Shown here: positions 48,252 through 59,474 of the stretch, piece after piece | Position numbering within the stretch: the first letter of the stretch is position 1 | Layout: the number at the start of each line of letters is the position of its first letter | DNA from: Methylococcaceae bacterium | GTDB taxonomy: Bacteria > Pseudomonadota > Gammaproteobacteria > Methylococcales > Methylomonadaceae | Direction of reading: 5' to 3' | Assembly (NCBI GenBank): GCA_030627265.1 | Contig: DAOUSK010000001.1 | Location: 1-59,474 of the forward strand | Length of the DNA: 59,474 nucleotides | Translations under genes and position numbers: made by a program | Notes under the pieces: model-generated | Told to the model about the DNA's origin: nothing | Databases searched by the model: none | What the model saw: the letters and a program-made list of their open reading frames with translations, nothing else

Positions 48252-49448
48252 TTAAAATAATAAAACCTTAACAGCAGCTAAGGTGCCATCACTGGCATAA
48301 ACATAAACCACATTATCAACAATAATAGGTTTAGCAAAAATAGGTTCATCAGTAATTTCTACTCGCCCTAATAATCGACCATCTGTTTTGGATAACCAAT
48401 GTAAATAGCCTTCGTAATCACCAACAACAACATAATCCTCATAGACCGCAGGCATCGATAATTGGCGGCGATGTAAAGCGGATTGCTTCCAATAAGATCG
48501 TCCATTATCTTGGTCTAGTTTCCAAATATCGCTGTCAGCATCAGTGACGTATAAATAAGAAAAATCATCCGCAGCCAGCCCATGCTCTGATGAAATCGTT
48601 TCATTACGCCATAATATATCGCCATCAACCGTAGAAACCGAAGCAAGTCCGCTTTTATAGGTACTAATATAAACCGTACTGTTGATTAATAAAGGCGTTC
48701 CATTAATATCCGTTAATCGCTCAATCTCTGATCGACCCCTAGGAATCGCAATACTGGTTTCCCATAAATGCGCTCCATCTTTTAAACTTAGCGCAGTCAA
48801 CTTACCACTTGCAGAGCCAATAATAATAGTTTCACCATCAATAATCGGCGCGCCATCACCACGAATAGTTAATGCAGGCGTGGTATCTGCAACACTCCAA
48901 ATTTCTTTACCGGTGGCTTTGTTAAGCGCAATTTCTTTACCGTCAGTGGTACGCAGTAACAGCATTTCACCGACAATAAGAGGTAAAGCTAACACTTCGC
49001 TAGAAACACGCTGTTTCCAAACAGCTTCCCCAGTGGCTACGTTTAAGGCAAGAACATGTGCTTTACTTGTGGCAACAAAAATTAAATCATCACTAATAAC
49101 GGGGCCAACAGAAATAGGTAAATCTGTCTCAACTTCCCATAAAGTATCACCATCCGTTAAACGTCTGGCTACAATTAAACCGGCATGGTCAGCAATGATA
49201 ATTTTATCGTCAACCACAGCCGGAACTAAATTAAGAATTTTTTCATCAACGCCGTCGCCATCTGATTCATCCCATACGATTTCAAACTTTAGCTCTGCTT
49301 CGTAATCGGTTAATTCTGCCGGTGGCTCTGAATTATCTGAATTACTAAACAAACCACCAACGGCATCGCCAATGGGCTTTAGTGTCGCACAAGCTGATAA
49401 ACTAACAACAAGGCATAAAGCTAAAATTCTACGCATGAAAATAGTCAT
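48252..49448 (-). CDS. bamB: Outer-membrane assembly lipoprotein BamB
   Basis: Lipobox LSAC, PQQ-type propeller repeats, GDYEGYLHWL, position between yfgM and der. Confidence 0.92.
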   Translation of the reverse strand: MTIFMRRILALCLVVSLSACATLKPIGDAVGGLFSNSDNSEPPAELTDYEAELKFEIVWDESDGDGVDEKILNLVPAVVDDKIIIADHAGLIVARRLTDGDTLWEVETDLPISVGPVISDDLIFVATSKAHVLALNVATGEAVWKQRVSSEVLALPLIVGEMLLLRTTDGKEIALNKATGKEIWSVADTTPALTIRGDGAPIIDGETIIIGSASGKLTALSLKDGAHLWETSIAIPRGRSEIERLTDINGTPLLINSTVYISTYKSGLASVSTVDGDILWRNETISSEHGLAADDFSYLYVTDADSDIWKLDQDNGRSYWKQSALHRRQLSMPAVYEDYVVVGDYEGYLHWLSKTDGRLLGRVEITDEPIFAKPIIVDNVVYVYASDGTLAAVKVLLF

Positions 49449-49455
49449 TAATCAC

Positions 49456-50103
49456 TTAACCTTTATTGCTGTCGTCAGCTGCGGTTAAATCATCTAATTT
49501 AAATTGCAATAAAGGTGAACTTTTCCCAGCGCTTAATGCTGATTGGTAAGCTGTTCTTGCTTCACCAATACGAGACATCGCCACATATAAATCCCCTTTT
49601 AACTCTTCATAAATGCCTTCAAAACCGCCTAACTGTGCTTGATTAATATTGGCAATAAGCTGTAGTCCTTGCTCATATTTACCCTCAGCTAATAAAACAC
49701 GAACCAACCGTGCTCTAGCGACATGTTTAAGTTCATCATCCGCGCTACTTGCCATAGCTTGCTCTAATAAAGCTCTTGCTGCCGCTAATTCATTTGCTTC
49801 AACTTTTGCTTTGGCTTGAAATAATAAAGCATAAGCACCATAAGCTGTGCTTGCGTAATTTGTCTTTAGTTTTTCAGCAATTTTATCAGTAGATGCTGTT
49901 GTTTTTTCTTTATTCGCTTTTAATAACTGCTCATAAATACTTGATGCTTGTAACATTTTATCTTGCTGATAATTTTGCCAAAAATTCCAACCACCCACAA
50001 TAACAACAGCAGCAACAATACCTGAAATAACGGAAGAGCCATTCGCTTTCCACCAATCTTTTAATGCTGCTACTTGTTCTTCTTCTGTTTCGTAAATTTC
50101 CAC
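49456..50103 (-). CDS. yfgM: YfgM ancillary SecYEG translocon subunit (TPR)
   Basis: ETEEEQVAALKDWWKANG, ELKGD. Confidence 0.9.
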   Translation of the reverse strand: MEIYETEEEQVAALKDWWKANGSSVISGIVAAVVIVGGWNFWQNYQQDKMLQASSIYEQLLKANKEKTTASTDKIAEKLKTNYASTAYGAYALLFQAKAKVEANELAAARALLEQAMASSADDELKHVARARLVRVLLAEGKYEQGLQLIANINQAQLGGFEGIYEELKGDLYVAMSRIGEARTAYQSALSAGKSSPLLQFKLDDLTAADDSNKG

Positions 50104-50149
50104 GTTGAACCCTTTTTAGTCGTATTTTATGATTTGATTATTGCTTAAT

Positions 50150-51415
50150 TTAACTTTGTAAAAAATTAATTAAGTCTTCCGTTGATACCGTTTTCTGCTC
50201 ATCATTATTGCGCAGAAACTTAAGCCCTATCACATTATTTGCTAACTCATCATCACCTAAGATTAAAGCGTACTGCGCACCACTTTTATCCGCTTTTTTA
50301 AATTGGCTTTTAAAGCTACCTGCACCACAATGCATTTGCAGTCGAATGTTAGGCACTTCACTTCTAATTTGTTCTGCCAAAACAGGCCCAGCTTTTTCTG
50401 CTGCCTCACCCGATAAAATCAAATAAGCATCAACGGGTGCTTTAATGTCTAAATCTGTTCGAGCTTCTAATAATAGCACCAAGCGCTCTATGCCCATTGC
50501 AAAACCAACGGCATGATTGGCTCTGCCGCCTAATTGCTCAATAAGCCCATCATATCGCCCACCGGCACAAACAGTACCTTGCGCACCTAATGCGCTAGTT
50601 ACCCATTCAAAGACTGTTTTACTGTAATAATCCAATCCACGAACCAGCCTTTGGTTAACCACATAAGGAATATTAAGTGAATCTAAGGTCGATGTCAGCT
50701 TTGCAAAATGTAATTTACTCTCTTCACCTAAAAAATCTACTAAGCTAGGCGCATTCTCAACCAATTCTTTCATTGCAGGATTTTTTGTATCTAAAATACG
50801 CAATGGGTTACTGCCTAAACGTCTTTGACTATCTTCATCTAACAATTCAGGCTGTTGATTAAAATATTCAACTAATTTTTCACGATAAACTAACCGCTCT
50901 TCAGAAGTCCCTAAAGAGTTAATTTGTAATTCTAACTGGTCGCTTAGGCCTAGTTTTTCCCATAATCGATGGCTCAGAGTAATGAGTTCCGCATCAATAT
51001 CCGCACTCGCAATACCATAAGTTTCTACGCCTAATTGAGTGAATTGACGATAACGCCCTTTTTGTGGGCGCTCATGTCGAAACATAGGACCATAATACCA
51101 AATCCGATGTGTTTGATTATGCAATAAACCATGCTCTAAACCCGCTCTTAAACACCCTGCCGTTCCTTCTGGCCTTAGTGTTAGCGAATCACCATTACGA
51201 TCATCAAACGTGTACATTTCTTTTTCTACAATATCGGTCACTTCCCCGATAGAGCGCTTAAATAGTTCTGTTTTTTCTACAATGGGTAATCGTATTTCCG
51301 AATAACCATACGCCGCTAAAACATCTCTTAAATTTTGCTCCACAAACTGCCAAATGGGTGTTTGCTCAGGAAGAATGTCGTGCATACCACGAATAGCCTG
51401 AATATTCTTTGCCAT
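50150..51415 (-). CDS. hisS: Histidine--tRNA ligase
   Basis: [36 protein letters not shown]. Confidence 0.98.
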   Translation of the reverse strand: MAKNIQAIRGMHDILPEQTPIWQFVEQNLRDVLAAYGYSEIRLPIVEKTELFKRSIGEVTDIVEKEMYTFDDRNGDSLTLRPEGTAGCLRAGLEHGLLHNQTHRIWYYGPMFRHERPQKGRYRQFTQLGVETYGIASADIDAELITLSHRLWEKLGLSDQLELQINSLGTSEERLVYREKLVEYFNQQPELLDEDSQRRLGSNPLRILDTKNPAMKELVENAPSLVDFLGEESKLHFAKLTSTLDSLNIPYVVNQRLVRGLDYYSKTVFEWVTSALGAQGTVCAGGRYDGLIEQLGGRANHAVGFAMGIERLVLLLEARTDLDIKAPVDAYLILSGEAAEKAGPVLAEQIRSEVPNIRLQMHCGAGSFKSQFKKADKSGAQYALILGDDELANNVIGLKFLRNNDEQKTVSTEDLINFLQS

Positions 51416-51421
51416 AGTTGT

Positions 51422-52225
51422 TTAATTAACCGTCTTATTATGTTTAATTTGTTCAGCTGCATCAGAAAATGGATAAGTACGCATCAACACCAACTGATAT
51501 TCTGCAACCATTTCTTGATCTCCTAAGCTTCGCTCTATTTTAATCGCTAAAATCAAGCCTCCCAAAGGTTTTGTACCGCCCGCTTGTGAAAAATATCGCT
51601 CTATAAATCCACGCGCAGACATCATCTCCGCTTTAGCATAACGAATTCTTGCCATTTCAATTAAAGCAGGCGCATGGTTAGGATTATTTCTTAATGCCTT
51701 GTAAAAATTTATCTCTGCTGCACGTTGTTGCTTATTCTGTAAGTCATATAAACCTAAATAGGTAAAGGCCGTCCACTTATTGCCATAAAAAGGGGAGCTA
51801 GCAACCTTTTTAAACTCGACTAAAGCACTGTCCTTTTCTCCATTGCCATATAAAAAAACTGCATAATTAGTCAGAATATTCATATCTTCTGGCGCTAATA
51901 TCATCGCCTTTAAAAATAATTGTCGCGCTTTTTCAGGATGAGATTTTCGTATTTGAATTAACGCCAATATTTGATACGTTAATCCATTCTTATCATCCAA
52001 CTGCGTTGCTTTTTGTAAATTTTCTAAGGCGTATTCATACTTACCTTGTTGATAATAAGCCGCCCCCAGCTCAGTTAATGTTTTTGCTTTTTCCTTATCT
52101 GGTCGTGGTTTTATTGGCGTTTTTTCTTTTTTTGCATAATTCGGCGCTGCTGGCTCATTATTTTGAAAATAAGAACAGCCTGTTAATAAGTAAGTCAGCA
52201 TTAATAAAATTAATGTTGACCGCAT
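51422..52225 (-). CDS. pilW: Type IV pilus biogenesis/stability lipoprotein PilW/PilF (TPR)
   Basis: Lipobox LTGC, TPR repeats, NYAVFL, position after rlmN. Confidence 0.8.
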   Translation of the reverse strand: MRSTLILLMLTYLLTGCSYFQNNEPAAPNYAKKEKTPIKPRPDKEKAKTLTELGAAYYQQGKYEYALENLQKATQLDDKNGLTYQILALIQIRKSHPEKARQLFLKAMILAPEDMNILTNYAVFLYGNGEKDSALVEFKKVASSPFYGNKWTAFTYLGLYDLQNKQQRAAEINFYKALRNNPNHAPALIEMARIRYAKAEMMSARGFIERYFSQAGGTKPLGGLILAIKIERSLGDQEMVAEYQLVLMRTYPFSDAAEQIKHNKTVN

Positions 52226-53319
52226 TATGCAATGCCCATTTTTTGTAACCGTTCCAAGCGCCTACTTTTATCTTTTACCTTGCCTACTAACTGCCCACAA
52301 GCCGCATCAATATCTTCACCCCGTGTTTTTCGGATAGTAATGACAATACCTGCGTTATGTACAATATCTCTAAAACGCTCAATCGCTTTCTTAGATGAAC
52401 ATTTGTAGTTTGTATTAGGAAAAGGATTAAAAGGAATTAAATTCATTTTTGAAGGTACACCCTTCAATAGTTTCACTAATGCTCGCGCATCTGCTTCTGA
52501 ATCATTAATACCCTCTAGCATGACATATTCAAAAGTAATAAACCCACGTGGTGAGTTTTCTATATATTTCAAACAAGCCGCCATTAACTCTTTTAATGGG
52601 TATTTCTGGTTAATAGGCACTAAAATATCACGCACTTCATCTGTTGGTGCATGCAGTGAAACAGCCATACTAATATCGCAAACTTCCTGTAAGCGGTACA
52701 TAGCAGGTACAACACCCGATGTACTAATGGTTACACGTCTTTTTGACAAACCAAAAGCAAAATCTTCTGTCATTAAATTCATAGCAGGTACGACATTATC
52801 AAAATTCAATAATGGCTCACCCATGCCCATCATCACAACATTAGTGACTCGCCCTTGCTCACCCATTCGATGATTTGCGGCGATCAACTGACCAATAATT
52901 TCGGCAGTTGTTAAATTTCGGTTAAAGCCCTGTTGTGCTGTAGAACAAAAAGTACAGGCTAATGCACAACCTACTTGAGAAGACACGCATAGCGTCGCTC
53001 TATTCTCTTCAGGAATATAAACAGCCTCGACCTTATTGCCGCTGCCCATTTCTATCACCCATTTTCGCGTTCCATCGCTCGCAATCTGCTCCAAAATAAT
53101 TTCAGGCGCAACAATGCAGCAGTTTTCTTTTAAGTAAGCGCGTAAAGACTTACTTATATTATTCATTTGATCAAAATCCCACTCACCCTCTTGATAAATC
53201 CATTTCATCAATTGGGTGGCTCGAAAAGGTTTCTCGCCCATCTCGACAAAAAAGGCTTGCAAGCCTTTCCTGTCAAAATTGAGTAGGTTTATTTTTTCTT
53301 TCTTAACGAGTGCGGTCAC
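52225..53319 (-). CDS. rlmN: Dual-specificity RNA methyltransferase RlmN
   Basis: [30 protein letters not shown]. Start set to GTG 53319 (ATG 53331 also possible). Confidence 0.93.
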   Translation of the reverse strand: MTALVKKEKINLLNFDRKGLQAFFVEMGEKPFRATQLMKWIYQEGEWDFDQMNNISKSLRAYLKENCCIVAPEIILEQIASDGTRKWVIEMGSGNKVEAVYIPEENRATLCVSSQVGCALACTFCSTAQQGFNRNLTTAEIIGQLIAANHRMGEQGRVTNVVMMGMGEPLLNFDNVVPAMNLMTEDFAFGLSKRRVTISTSGVVPAMYRLQEVCDISMAVSLHAPTDEVRDILVPINQKYPLKELMAACLKYIENSPRGFITFEYVMLEGINDSEADARALVKLLKGVPSKMNLIPFNPFPNTNYKCSSKKAIERFRDIVHNAGIVITIRKTRGEDIDAACGQLVGKVKDKSRRLERLQKMGIA

Positions 53320-53734
53320 AAAGTTCTTCATTTGAGAAAAAGTAAGCAATTTCACGTGCTGCAGATTCTGCTGAATCTGAACCATGTGCTGCATTTTCAT
53401 CAATGCTAGTTGCGAAATCTGCACGGATAGTGCCTGCATCTGCATCTGCTGGGTTAGTTGCGCCCATTAGATCACGATTTTTTAAGATTGCGCCTTCGCC
53501 TTCTAAAACTTGAACCATCACTGGGCCAGAAGTCATAAAAGAAACTAAAGCACCAAAGAAAGGACGTTCGCTATGTTCTGCGTAAAAACCTTCTGCTTTT
53601 TCTGTAGAAAGTTGCATCATTTTAGCGGCAACAATACGTAAACCATTTTTTTCAAAACGGCTATAAATTTCACCAATGTTATTAGCCGCAACTGCATCTG
53701 GTTTTACGATAGAAAAAGTACGTTCAACTGCCAT
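53303..53734 (-). CDS. ndk: Nucleoside diphosphate kinase
   Basis: [25 protein letters not shown]. Confidence 0.98.
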   Translation of the reverse strand: MAVERTFSIVKPDAVAANNIGEIYSRFEKNGLRIVAAKMMQLSTEKAEGFYAEHSERPFFGALVSFMTSGPVMVQVLEGEGAILKNRDLMGATNPADADAGTIRADFATSIDENAAHGSDSAESAAREIAYFFSNEELCDRTR

Positions 53735-53827
53735 TTTTAAAACTCCAAAATATAAAATAAATAAAACTAAAAAACTGTTTCCAGCTTATACACTAAAAAC
53801 AAGAAACTATATTGATACCTTTTTAAA

Positions 53828-54757
53828 TCAAGGCATCATATCAAAATCAGCGCCTTCTTTTTCCACTTCAGGCTCCATTAAATCTTCTTTACTCACCCCT
53901 AAAGCAAGTACTAAAGGACTCGCAACATAGATAGATGAATAGGTTCCAATAACCACACCCACTAATAAGGCAATGGCAAAATTATGAATAATTTCACCAC
54001 CTAAAAAGGCTAATGCAACTAATACTAATAAGGTGGTAATAGAGGTCATCAATGTGCGGCTTAAGGTTTGGTTTAAAGAGATATTCATCACACTCTCTGC
54101 CGAACCTTTACGCAATACACGAAAATTCTCACGAATACGATCATAAACAACAATCGTATCATTCAACGAATACCCAATAACCGCCAAAACAGCTGCTAAT
54201 ACAGTTAAATCAAATTCCAGCTGTAAAACCGAAAAGAAGCCCAAGGTAATTAACACATCATGCGCTAATGCAGCAACAGAACCCAATGCAAATTTATATT
54301 CAAATCGCCAAGCAACATAAATCAAAATACCGAACATTGAATACAATAAAGCTAAACCACCATCCTCGGTTAACTCATCACCAACTTGTGGCCCAACAAA
54401 TTCCACTCGGCGCATATCACCTTGCATTTGCATGGCAGCATTTGCAGCTGCTGAAATACCCACACTTAACTCCGCATTACTCACGCCTTCTTGTGGCTTT
54501 AAGCGTAATAGAATTTCTTGTGCCGTGCCAAAGTGCTGTACCGTTGCATCAGCAAAGCCTTTTTCAGCTAACTGTGAACGCATAACATTTAAATCAACTG
54601 ATTTTTCATAACCTAACTCAACTAAAGTACCGCCAGTAAAATCAATCCCAAGCTTTAATCCTTGCATTGCTAAAGAAGCAATCGCTGTTATCAATAAAAG
54701 CCCTGAAAATATCGCTGCAAACTTACGTTTACCTAAAAAATTAATTTGCTTTGTCAT
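53828..54757 (-). CDS. secF: Protein translocase subunit SecF
   Basis: GIDFTGG, VGPQVG, GYSLNDTIVVYDRIREN. Confidence 0.97.
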   Translation of the reverse strand: MTKQINFLGKRKFAAIFSGLLLITAIASLAMQGLKLGIDFTGGTLVELGYEKSVDLNVMRSQLAEKGFADATVQHFGTAQEILLRLKPQEGVSNAELSVGISAAANAAMQMQGDMRRVEFVGPQVGDELTEDGGLALLYSMFGILIYVAWRFEYKFALGSVAALAHDVLITLGFFSVLQLEFDLTVLAAVLAVIGYSLNDTIVVYDRIRENFRVLRKGSAESVMNISLNQTLSRTLMTSITTLLVLVALAFLGGEIIHNFAIALLVGVVIGTYSSIYVASPLVLALGVSKEDLMEPEVEKEGADFDMMP

Positions 54758-54771
54758 TGTTTTCTTTCCTT

Positions 54772-56622
54772 TTAAATAGACAAGTCTTTATTACGCTGAC
54801 CGCCGTAAATCCAGTTAATCATCATTCTAGATCCTAAAATAGCAGTAAACATAGAAGTTAAAATACCAATTGCCAAGGTAATAGCAAAGCCCTTAATAGG
54901 CCCCGTACCAAAACCAAATAACACTAATGCAACTAATAGCGTTGTAATATTGGCATCAAAAATCGTTGAGAAGGCTTTTTCATAACCTGAAAAGATACTC
55001 GTTTGCGGCGAATTCCCATTCGCCAACTCTTCTTTAATACGTTCAAAAATAAGTACGTTTGCATCAACCGCCATTCCCACAGTTAATACAATTCCCGCAA
55101 TCCCAGGTAAAGTTAACGTTGCTTGCAATAAAGATAAAACAGCCACAATAACAACTAGATTAAACGTTAAGGCTAAATTAGCAACCAGCCCAAAAACCTT
55201 GTAGTACGCTGCCATAAACAATAGAACCATAACAAAACCAACAATAACCGACATAACGCCTTTATCGATATTATCTTGCCCTAAACTTGGCCCAACCGTA
55301 CGCTCTTCAACAATATCAACAGGTGCCGCTAAAGCACCGGCTCTTAACAATAAAGATAATTTTCTTGCTTCTTGCGGACTATCTAAACCCGTTGTTTGAA
55401 ATCGTCGGCTAAAAGCATCACGTACCGTTGCAATACTAATAACTTCTTCCACTTTTTCTTTACGGCGAATTTTTTTACCTGCCACCATTTTAGTGAATGT
55501 TTTTTGCTCGATAAACACAACCGCCATAGGCTGGCCTATATTGTCTTTAGTAAAGCGCCCCATTTTTTTCGCGCCAATTCCATTTAGCGTGATATTAACG
55601 GAAGAAGAACCATTTTGATCAATACCTGACGAAGCATCAACAATTTGATCCCCAGTAATAATCACTCGTCTTTTTAATAAAACAGGTGCTCTTGTATCTC
55701 TTTCATAATAAAGTCTCGAGCCAACAGGAACTCGACCTGATAAAGCATTTTGCACATCATGCTCTGTATCAACTTTACGATATTCCAACGTGGCTGTTGT
55801 CCCTAAAATCTCTTTTGCTTGCACTGTATCTTGCACACCCGGTAACTGGACAACAATACGGTTATCACCTTGCTGCTGGATAACGGGTTCCGAAACACCT
55901 AGTTCGTTCACTCGGTTACGCAGAGTGGTAATGTTTTGTGCTAATGCAAACTTTTTGATCGCCTTTACTTCCGCTTCAGAAACACTTAACAATAGAACTA
56001 AGTCTTCATCTTGCGTTTTTAAATCTAACTTACGGAAATCATTATCCACTAGATCAATAGCCGCTTGCTTATCTACCGCATTTCTTAAAACGACTTTAAT
56101 AGCACCAGTATCATAGCTAACTGATTTGTATCTTATTTTCGCAGTACGTAAGGCAAGGCGAATATCATTATAATAACGTTCATCTGCTTGTTTTAGCGCA
56201 GCTGGCATATCCACTTCCAATAAGAAATGCACACCACCGCGTAAATCCAAACCTAAGTACATCGGCGCTGCACCTAAATCACGCAACCATTGTGGCGTTG
56301 CTGGAGCAAGGTTTAAAGCGACAATATATTTATTGCCCAGGCTGCTACGTAATAAATCAGCGCCACGCATTTGCTCGCTAGTATTATTAAAGCGCACTAA
56401 AATCTGCTTACCTTTTATCTCTAATGCTTTAATAGGAATGGCAGCTTTATCTAGGCTATGCTCTACCTTTCCTAATTGCACTTCTGATATTTCAGTCCCA
56501 TCACTTGCGGAAATTTGTACCGAAGGGTCTTCGCCAAATAAGTTAGGTAATGAATACACAAGACCTAAAACTAAAACAATTAGAATTAATATATTTTTCC
56601 AAAGTGGGAAATGATTTTGCAT
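54772..56622 (-). CDS. secD: Protein translocase subunit SecD
   Basis: LGLDLRGG, RNRVNELGV, GMAVDANVLIFERI. Start set to ATG 56622. Confidence 0.97.
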   Translation of the reverse strand: MQNHFPLWKNILILIVLVLGLVYSLPNLFGEDPSVQISASDGTEISEVQLGKVEHSLDKAAIPIKALEIKGKQILVRFNNTSEQMRGADLLRSSLGNKYIVALNLAPATPQWLRDLGAAPMYLGLDLRGGVHFLLEVDMPAALKQADERYYNDIRLALRTAKIRYKSVSYDTGAIKVVLRNAVDKQAAIDLVDNDFRKLDLKTQDEDLVLLLSVSEAEVKAIKKFALAQNITTLRNRVNELGVSEPVIQQQGDNRIVVQLPGVQDTVQAKEILGTTATLEYRKVDTEHDVQNALSGRVPVGSRLYYERDTRAPVLLKRRVIITGDQIVDASSGIDQNGSSSVNITLNGIGAKKMGRFTKDNIGQPMAVVFIEQKTFTKMVAGKKIRRKEKVEEVISIATVRDAFSRRFQTTGLDSPQEARKLSLLLRAGALAAPVDIVEERTVGPSLGQDNIDKGVMSVIVGFVMVLLFMAAYYKVFGLVANLALTFNLVVIVAVLSLLQATLTLPGIAGIVLTVGMAVDANVLIFERIKEELANGNSPQTSIFSGYEKAFSTIFDANITTLLVALVLFGFGTGPIKGFAITLAIGILTSMFTAILGSRMMINWIYGGQRNKDLSI

Positions 56623-56775
56623 GATTTGTCCATCAAGGTAGATCAATAACTAATGCTTTTACATTAGATTTTTATTATTTAGGTATAAATAGGACAGGCG
56701 GCCTAAGTAAATCTTCTTAAAATGAAGTTTCTTAGTCCGCCTGCACCTTTATATGGTGTACATCTTTTAAAGGTA

Positions 56776-57162
56776 TTAAAATTTAGCTTTTTTCATTTGC
56801 ACTTTATAAGTTCCTTTAGGCATCACGCTTGCAACTTGATGACGTTGAACCTGAAGCACTATATTATTCGCTACTTCAACTTGTACAAAATTTTCATCCA
56901 AACTAACGACCTTACCTAAAAGTCCGCCATTAGTAACAACTTCAGCACCTGCTGTCATTTCTTCTAACATCGTTTTATGCTCTTTAGTCCGCTTTGACTG
57001 TGGTCTTAAAAAGATAAAATAAAAGAATATTAAGATCCCTACTGGAAATAACATACCTTCCCAACCTGGCTCAGGAATTTCTGGCGCTAGCGCTACATCT
57101 GCTGAGGGTACTGCCGTTTCAGCGGTTACTTCTGCCACTGCATCTGAAATAAAAAAACTCAT
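56776..57162 (-). CDS. yajC: Preprotein translocase subunit YajC
   Basis: FYFIFLRPQSKR, VVTNGGLLG, PKGT. Confidence 0.93.
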   Translation of the reverse strand: MSFFISDAVAEVTAETAVPSADVALAPEIPEPGWEGMLFPVGILIFFYFIFLRPQSKRTKEHKTMLEEMTAGAEVVTNGGLLGKVVSLDENFVQVEVANNIVLQVQRHQVASVMPKGTYKVQMKKAKF

Positions 57163-57200
57163 ATCTCTCTCTTAACTTTGTTTTTACGGAAATTTTCCCA

Positions 57201-58322
<1,122 letters not shown>

Positions 58323-58342
58323 TTATCTATATCTTTTTAAAA

Positions 58343-59389
58343 TTATTGTGAAACTAACTGGTAATTAAAACTATTCTCAGTTGATGACTGCTTCCGTAAG
58401 ATTCGCTGTAAATCAATCGCTTTTTCTAAATTATTTTTTGTTCCAGAAAAACTTAACTTAAAAACATGCCAGCCCTTTTCCACTTTCAACCATTTCACTG
58501 ACTGCACTTGAGGTATTTTTTTCAAGTACGATTTAATCATGCTTTCTGCCGTCATTCCTTTGATGCCGGTAATATTCAAAACCACACTACCCTGCCCTTT
58601 TTCTCCAGATTTGACGGCATGAAAGGCAGAAAGCTGTTCATAAACACCCTGCATCGCAGCCGACAATGTTTGCTCTAATTGCTCACAAGGCAAAGACCAT
58701 TGTTTTACTTTGCCATCAAAATGTAAGGTCCACTCCGAATACCAACAGCTACGTTTATGGATAATGGAACCCGACAAAATAGCAGAAACACCATAGCGAC
58801 GCGATGCATTAAGCACTTTGTCTGAATAGGCGCTTAATATATCATTAACCATTAACTCACGCTTATCTTCTAAATCCATCAAAGGCAACATCAGTGGCAC
58901 ACCTTTTTTCCTAGCGGCTGCCTGTAAACTACTATAAACCTCAAAGTCTTCTTTGCTATTTAACAGTGCTTTAGAAGCAAATTTTTCAACCACCAACCAA
59001 ACCAAAACCTCATCACGCACCTCATTCCAAACAGCAAGATTGCTATTACGAATAACCGCCATCACTGCATCTTCATTAAATAAAACGCGCATGGTTCGTG
59101 CGGTTTTTTCATTTCGATTTTCAGGCTCTAAAGCATACTGAACTTGCTCCACATAAAAATCTGCTTTATTAAGCATCGCTTTAATGACCGAATTTCCCAA
59201 TAAATCATCACCCGTTGCAACTCGATTAATGACAATCGTTAACGCTTCTCTTAAGGCTTTATTTTTATCTTTTATCGATAAACTTTGCGTAATAACCTCC
59301 GCCTCAAACAAGCCCTTTACTTCCACTGCGCTGACAGGCTGCATAATAAAAAGCAGGCAAATCATCAAAATCCGACTAAGCAATTTCAT
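58343..59389 (-). CDS. DUF2066 family exported protein
   Basis: Signal peptide, LFEAEV, VLVWLVVE, GVPLMLPLMDLED. Confidence 0.8.
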   Translation of the reverse strand: MKLLSRILMICLLFIMQPVSAVEVKGLFEAEVITQSLSIKDKNKALREALTIVINRVATGDDLLGNSVIKAMLNKADFYVEQVQYALEPENRNEKTARTMRVLFNEDAVMAVIRNSNLAVWNEVRDEVLVWLVVEKFASKALLNSKEDFEVYSSLQAAARKKGVPLMLPLMDLEDKRELMVNDILSAYSDKVLNASRRYGVSAILSGSIIHKRSCWYSEWTLHFDGKVKQWSLPCEQLEQTLSAAMQGVYEQLSAFHAVKSGEKGQGSVVLNITGIKGMTAESMIKSYLKKIPQVQSVKWLKVEKGWHVFKLSFSGTKNNLEKAIDLQRILRKQSSTENSFNYQLVSQ

Positions 59390-59474
59390 ATCCTTAATTA
59401 TGTCTTGTACAATACTGCTAACTATAATTTAAATCGATCCATAAGAGAATACTCGTGAGCGAACAAAATCAAGA

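Noticed and set aside
44143-49305. Long antisense ORFs (44143-44778, 48682-49305) and similar shadows elsewhere
   Set aside because: They lie opposite well-supported genes and show no recognisable motifs.
53320-53445. Long RlmN N-terminal extension overlapping ndk
   Set aside because: This is an alternate-frame read of ndk. RlmN similarity begins near KINLL.

Overview
AT-rich gammaproteobacterial chromosome segment. Gene content and repeat style suggest Methylococcales, but this is inference only: no methane-oxidation gene is in the window. Much of it is housekeeping (zwf, mutL-miaA, ppx, scpAB, tsaB, der-bamB-yfgM-hisS-pilW-rlmN-ndk, secDF-yajC-tgt). Accessory modules: (1) a complete ECF sigma / zf-HC2 / DoxX / EGxCG-repeat precursor / DUF692 (MNIO) / DUF2063 cluster of the bufferin/oxazolin type, with two matching ECF promoters; (2) a Fur-boxed porin / FMN-binding / PepSY-TM operon; (3) a cobalamin riboswitch-btuB-btuM unit, plus cobS-bluB; (4) an SNF2 helicase / ABC-ATPase / DUF4276 (TOPRIM-like) defence-like module; (5) a 1588-aa sensor GGDEF-EAL protein with a CZB-like tail. 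Many intergenic gaps carry REP/REPIN-like palindromes of several families. Two of these sit inside MITE-like shells that have their own terminal inverted repeats and different target duplications. aqpZ is frameshifted at an A6 run just after its start codon. No rRNA, tRNA, CRISPR array or transposase was seen. All assignments come from motif recognition by eye, with no database search.
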